A DNA stretch of 64,000 nucleotides, taken from Parasitella parasitica NRRL 2501. Lineage: Eukaryota; Fungi; Mucoromycota. The position numbers and the translations under genes were made by a program. Location of the stretch: positions 5,736-69,735 of the forward strand of contig MU619239.1 in the NCBI GenBank assembly GCA_025201805.1, read 5' to 3'. The first letter of the stretch is position 1, and the number at the start of each line of letters is the position of its first letter. The notes below the pieces were generated by a model that saw only the letters and a list, made by a program, of their open reading frames with translations, was not told the origin of the DNA and did no database searches. Below are positions 61,046-64,000 of the stretch, in pieces.

Positions 61046-62371
61046 ATTTTTCATTTTAACAATACCCACATAATCATATTAAATCTTGAAAAAAAACTTG
61101 TACATTAAGAATAAATCGAATATACACCTTATTTGCATTTTCTTTTTTATCTTACTTTAACCTGTTGAAAACGCTACTAGATACGTTCACATATCAAGAA
61201 GTTGGGTGCTCAATCTTTAAAAAAGGTACGTCATAGAGTTTGAATTACTTCACAATTTTAAATCAACAATGATTACATTATATCTGATACATTTGTCAAG
61301 TACAGGCAACGTTTGAATGTAATTTTTTTAACTATTATTTATATTTAAAAAACGAGATACAATATAATATATTTTGTCTCTTATCTTGTCGCACATTTTC
61401 AAAACGATTCAGAGTTAGTTTAAAGATCCATAGTAAATAAACGGTTAAATAAATTAGGCAATAGCAAAGAAAATTGTATGTGTTCGCTGATGTTTATCAG
61501 CTGTTCCTTATATGTTGATCTAACTTTCATTAGACGTATGTGAATAGCTAACATGTACCCTTTAATCTATGACGATTTACTGGTTTACAAGACGCTTTAT
61601 GATCAAGATGAAAGGTTCAGGGAGATGATGAACAATAGTTTGGCTTGCAGAAGATATACTGTAAATATATTTATAAAATGGTCCGCTTGATTTGATGTTA
61701 AACCGAGGTTAAATTATGAGTTGGATTTTGACATAATTGTTGCGGTTAAGTTTAAGTTTCTTTCAATCTGAAGAGCAAGTAATAGGTTTATGGACTAATT
61801 TGCTAAACCAGATTGATCTAATAGTAGTGAGCACCAGATTCATAGTTGTCCAACTTTGAAAAGTAAACAAAACAAACAAGAAAGGAAAGTAAAAATAGAG
61901 AATTTACAGTGATTTGGTACTAAAATGTATATGCAAATCAACGGATCTAACAGATATTTTTTATTTAAAAAAATATATAGTAATCGAAATAGATGAAGGA
62001 ATCAAAAGTAACAGTAAAATGTCAAGGTGAATGTTAAATATCTTTTGTTTTGATTTTTCAATTATCCGTTATACAGTATATTGAAGACGTCCTATTCTTT
62101 AATGTAGTAAAAATTTGTATGATTGTTAATAAATATATGAGTCAATGATTCAAGATGGAACGTTATAGTGAGAGAAAAAGAAATGTTTTGATTTATGGAC
62201 CGAATGTAACCATGCTGTTATCATGTTCCACTTCATATGAGGTTAAAATATGGTTTGGCATTGACAGGTTGAATATAAAAATAGAGTTGCAGCATAACAA
62301 CAGATTGATAATTTTAATTTAAAGCAAATAATAACAAAAAAAAATACGTTTTGGCAAAAAGCGAAAAAAGA

Positions 62372-62445
62372 TGATTCTATCCGGGTTCGAACCGAAGACC
62401 TTCGCCGTGTAAAGGCGACGCGATAACCAACTACGCCACAGAACC
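62372..62445 (-). tRNA. tRNA-Val (anticodon TAC)
   Basis: The reverse complement GGTTCTGTGGCGTAGTTGGTTATCGCGTCGCCTTTACACGGCGAAGGTCTTCGGTTCGAACCCGGATAGAATCA folds as a cloverleaf. Anticodon stem TCGCC/GGCGA, T-loop TTCGAAC, and a T6 Pol III terminator just downstream. Confidence 0.95.
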
Positions 62446-63780
62446 ACTCTACTGTGTGCTACGAGTGTAAATTTATTTTGTAATGCTGGTTAATTATTTG
62501 CACGTGATCTAAGTTTAAACCTATGGAAATCATGTTCCTGAATCTGAAGTTGAATACTGAGAACGTCTTATGTTAGATATATATATGGAATTATGCCTCA
62601 TACTTGAAATAAATCGAACTTTCTTACGTTTAAAATTCTGTCATATATAATTATTTGCTATTCTATCGCTGAGATACTATACCATCCTATTTATTCGACA
62701 AAATATCCACTTAAACAACAGCAAAACAGTCTAATTAGTCTCGGCATTGACCTGTTTACTGCAAGAACTTTCCAACACATCGCTACAAATTTCACAAACC
62801 CGCACCGCAGAGCATCATGTGATACGTGCCGTGGGGCACTTATTATCAAATTACCAAAAAAGGAAGCACGTGACATGAGAAGATACACAAGAAGTAGTCT
62901 GTCTAAGAACTCGGTACCTGATCTTCAAATAAACATTGAGCTTTTCTTTCGTAATTTGCTTTTATTAATTGTTGCCCATTCCAATTGAAGAACAGATGAG
63001 AAACATACAATAAACCCTCAGGAACAATTACTCAAATCAAATACGAATATCCTTAAATATTCTGTCTCGGCAATTCGATCATAGGAGAACAAATTGCTTT
63101 ATAAAAAAAAATCAACTCATTTCACAACTTACCAGCACAAACGTATCAACTGGTTGTGAAATTTAATAATTATAATAAACAGACGAATAAATCGAACTTT
63201 CTTACGTCTAAATTATGTCTTATTATATGATGTGTCAATTCTAAAAAACCGGATGTCAGTATAATATAAATTCATACCGAATATTAAAAGATCAGATCAT
63301 AAAATAATATGACATGCCACTTGAGATAATAGATACAATCTACCCTATCTCCTGGACCTCTTATCACTAAAACTGTATCCTCACACTCATCGCTTTCTTC
63401 AGTTCATAGAAAGAGTATATATATAAAATAATAAGCAATATTAAGAATATATTTTTATCTCCTTAAAAATACAAGTTATAAAACCTGTTATAGTATTAAA
63501 AAAATATCTTGCTTAACCAATTTCTATTACCTAAATCATATCAGACACCAAAGCATTAATAATATTGTATTTGAGATTGCTGCTACGATTGCAAGAGGAA
63601 TTTGTAATGTAGCTATAATCACGGGCTTCGAATTGAAATTTGTTGTGATTCTTTAAACAGCGGACTGATGAATTAAGATAATTAGAGATTATCCATGTTG
63701 GAATAAGCTGAGTCGCCGACTTGAGTCCTCAGCTTTATGCGGACTTGAAAACAAATAAATTTAATATTGTTGAAGCACTA

Positions 63781-63838
63781 GCAGAAAATGCGCAGAAAAT
63801 GCTCAGCAAATGCGTAGAAAATGCTCAGCAAATGCGCA
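63781..63838. repeat. Short tandem array of an 11-bp unit (AAATGCGCAGA / AAATGCTCAGC variants, about 5 copies)
   Basis: Visible as gcagaaaatgcgcagaaaatgctcagcaaatgcgtagaaaatgctcagcaaatgcgca. Confidence 0.8.
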
Positions 63839-64000
63839 CCAAATTGAGATTATGTTAAGAACAACATGCAATTGCGCATAGTATAAATAAGCTTGTTGAA
63901 TGATTTATTTCGATTTCTCTTTATTTCTTATTTCATTTTTATCATCAATTCAACCCAAATAAAAAATGCCAGGACGAAGAAGTAATTGATTAAAATAATA

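Noticed and set aside
52799-62445. DNMT2 as a DNA methyltransferase acting with Argonaute, or functionally linked to the nearby tRNA-Val
   Set aside because: The CFT motif marks it as the tRNA methyltransferase family. The genes are 8-30 kb apart with unrelated genes between them, so co-location is most simply chance.

Overview
This is a gene-dense, AT-rich fungal window with short (about 50-90 nt) GT-AG introns. The gene styles and transposon types suggest Mucorales, but that is an inference. It holds about 22 protein genes, including eIF4A-III, a GDP-mannose transporter, PDX2/SNO1, PI31, a PMC1-type Ca2+ ATPase, a full-length Argonaute, stomatin-like protein 2, a bHLH factor, IML1/DEPDC5 with a 168-codon Gln-rich tract, PRP8, a NIF phosphatase, DNMT2 and Ima1. 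It also holds one tRNA-Val(TAC), decayed PIF/Harbinger and Tc1/mariner remnants, a possible LTR remnant and an assembly gap. Two structures stand out. (1) PRP8 is almost intron-free over about 7 kb, yet three introns are packed into 300 bp. They isolate the known PRP8 intein insertion site on a 49-nt mini-exon, and the local protein sequence is unusually diverged. (2) Two near-identical 1.65-kb hexose transporter copies form an inverted repeat around a small secreted Cys-rich protein gene. Exon boundaries were read by eye, and no database searches were run.
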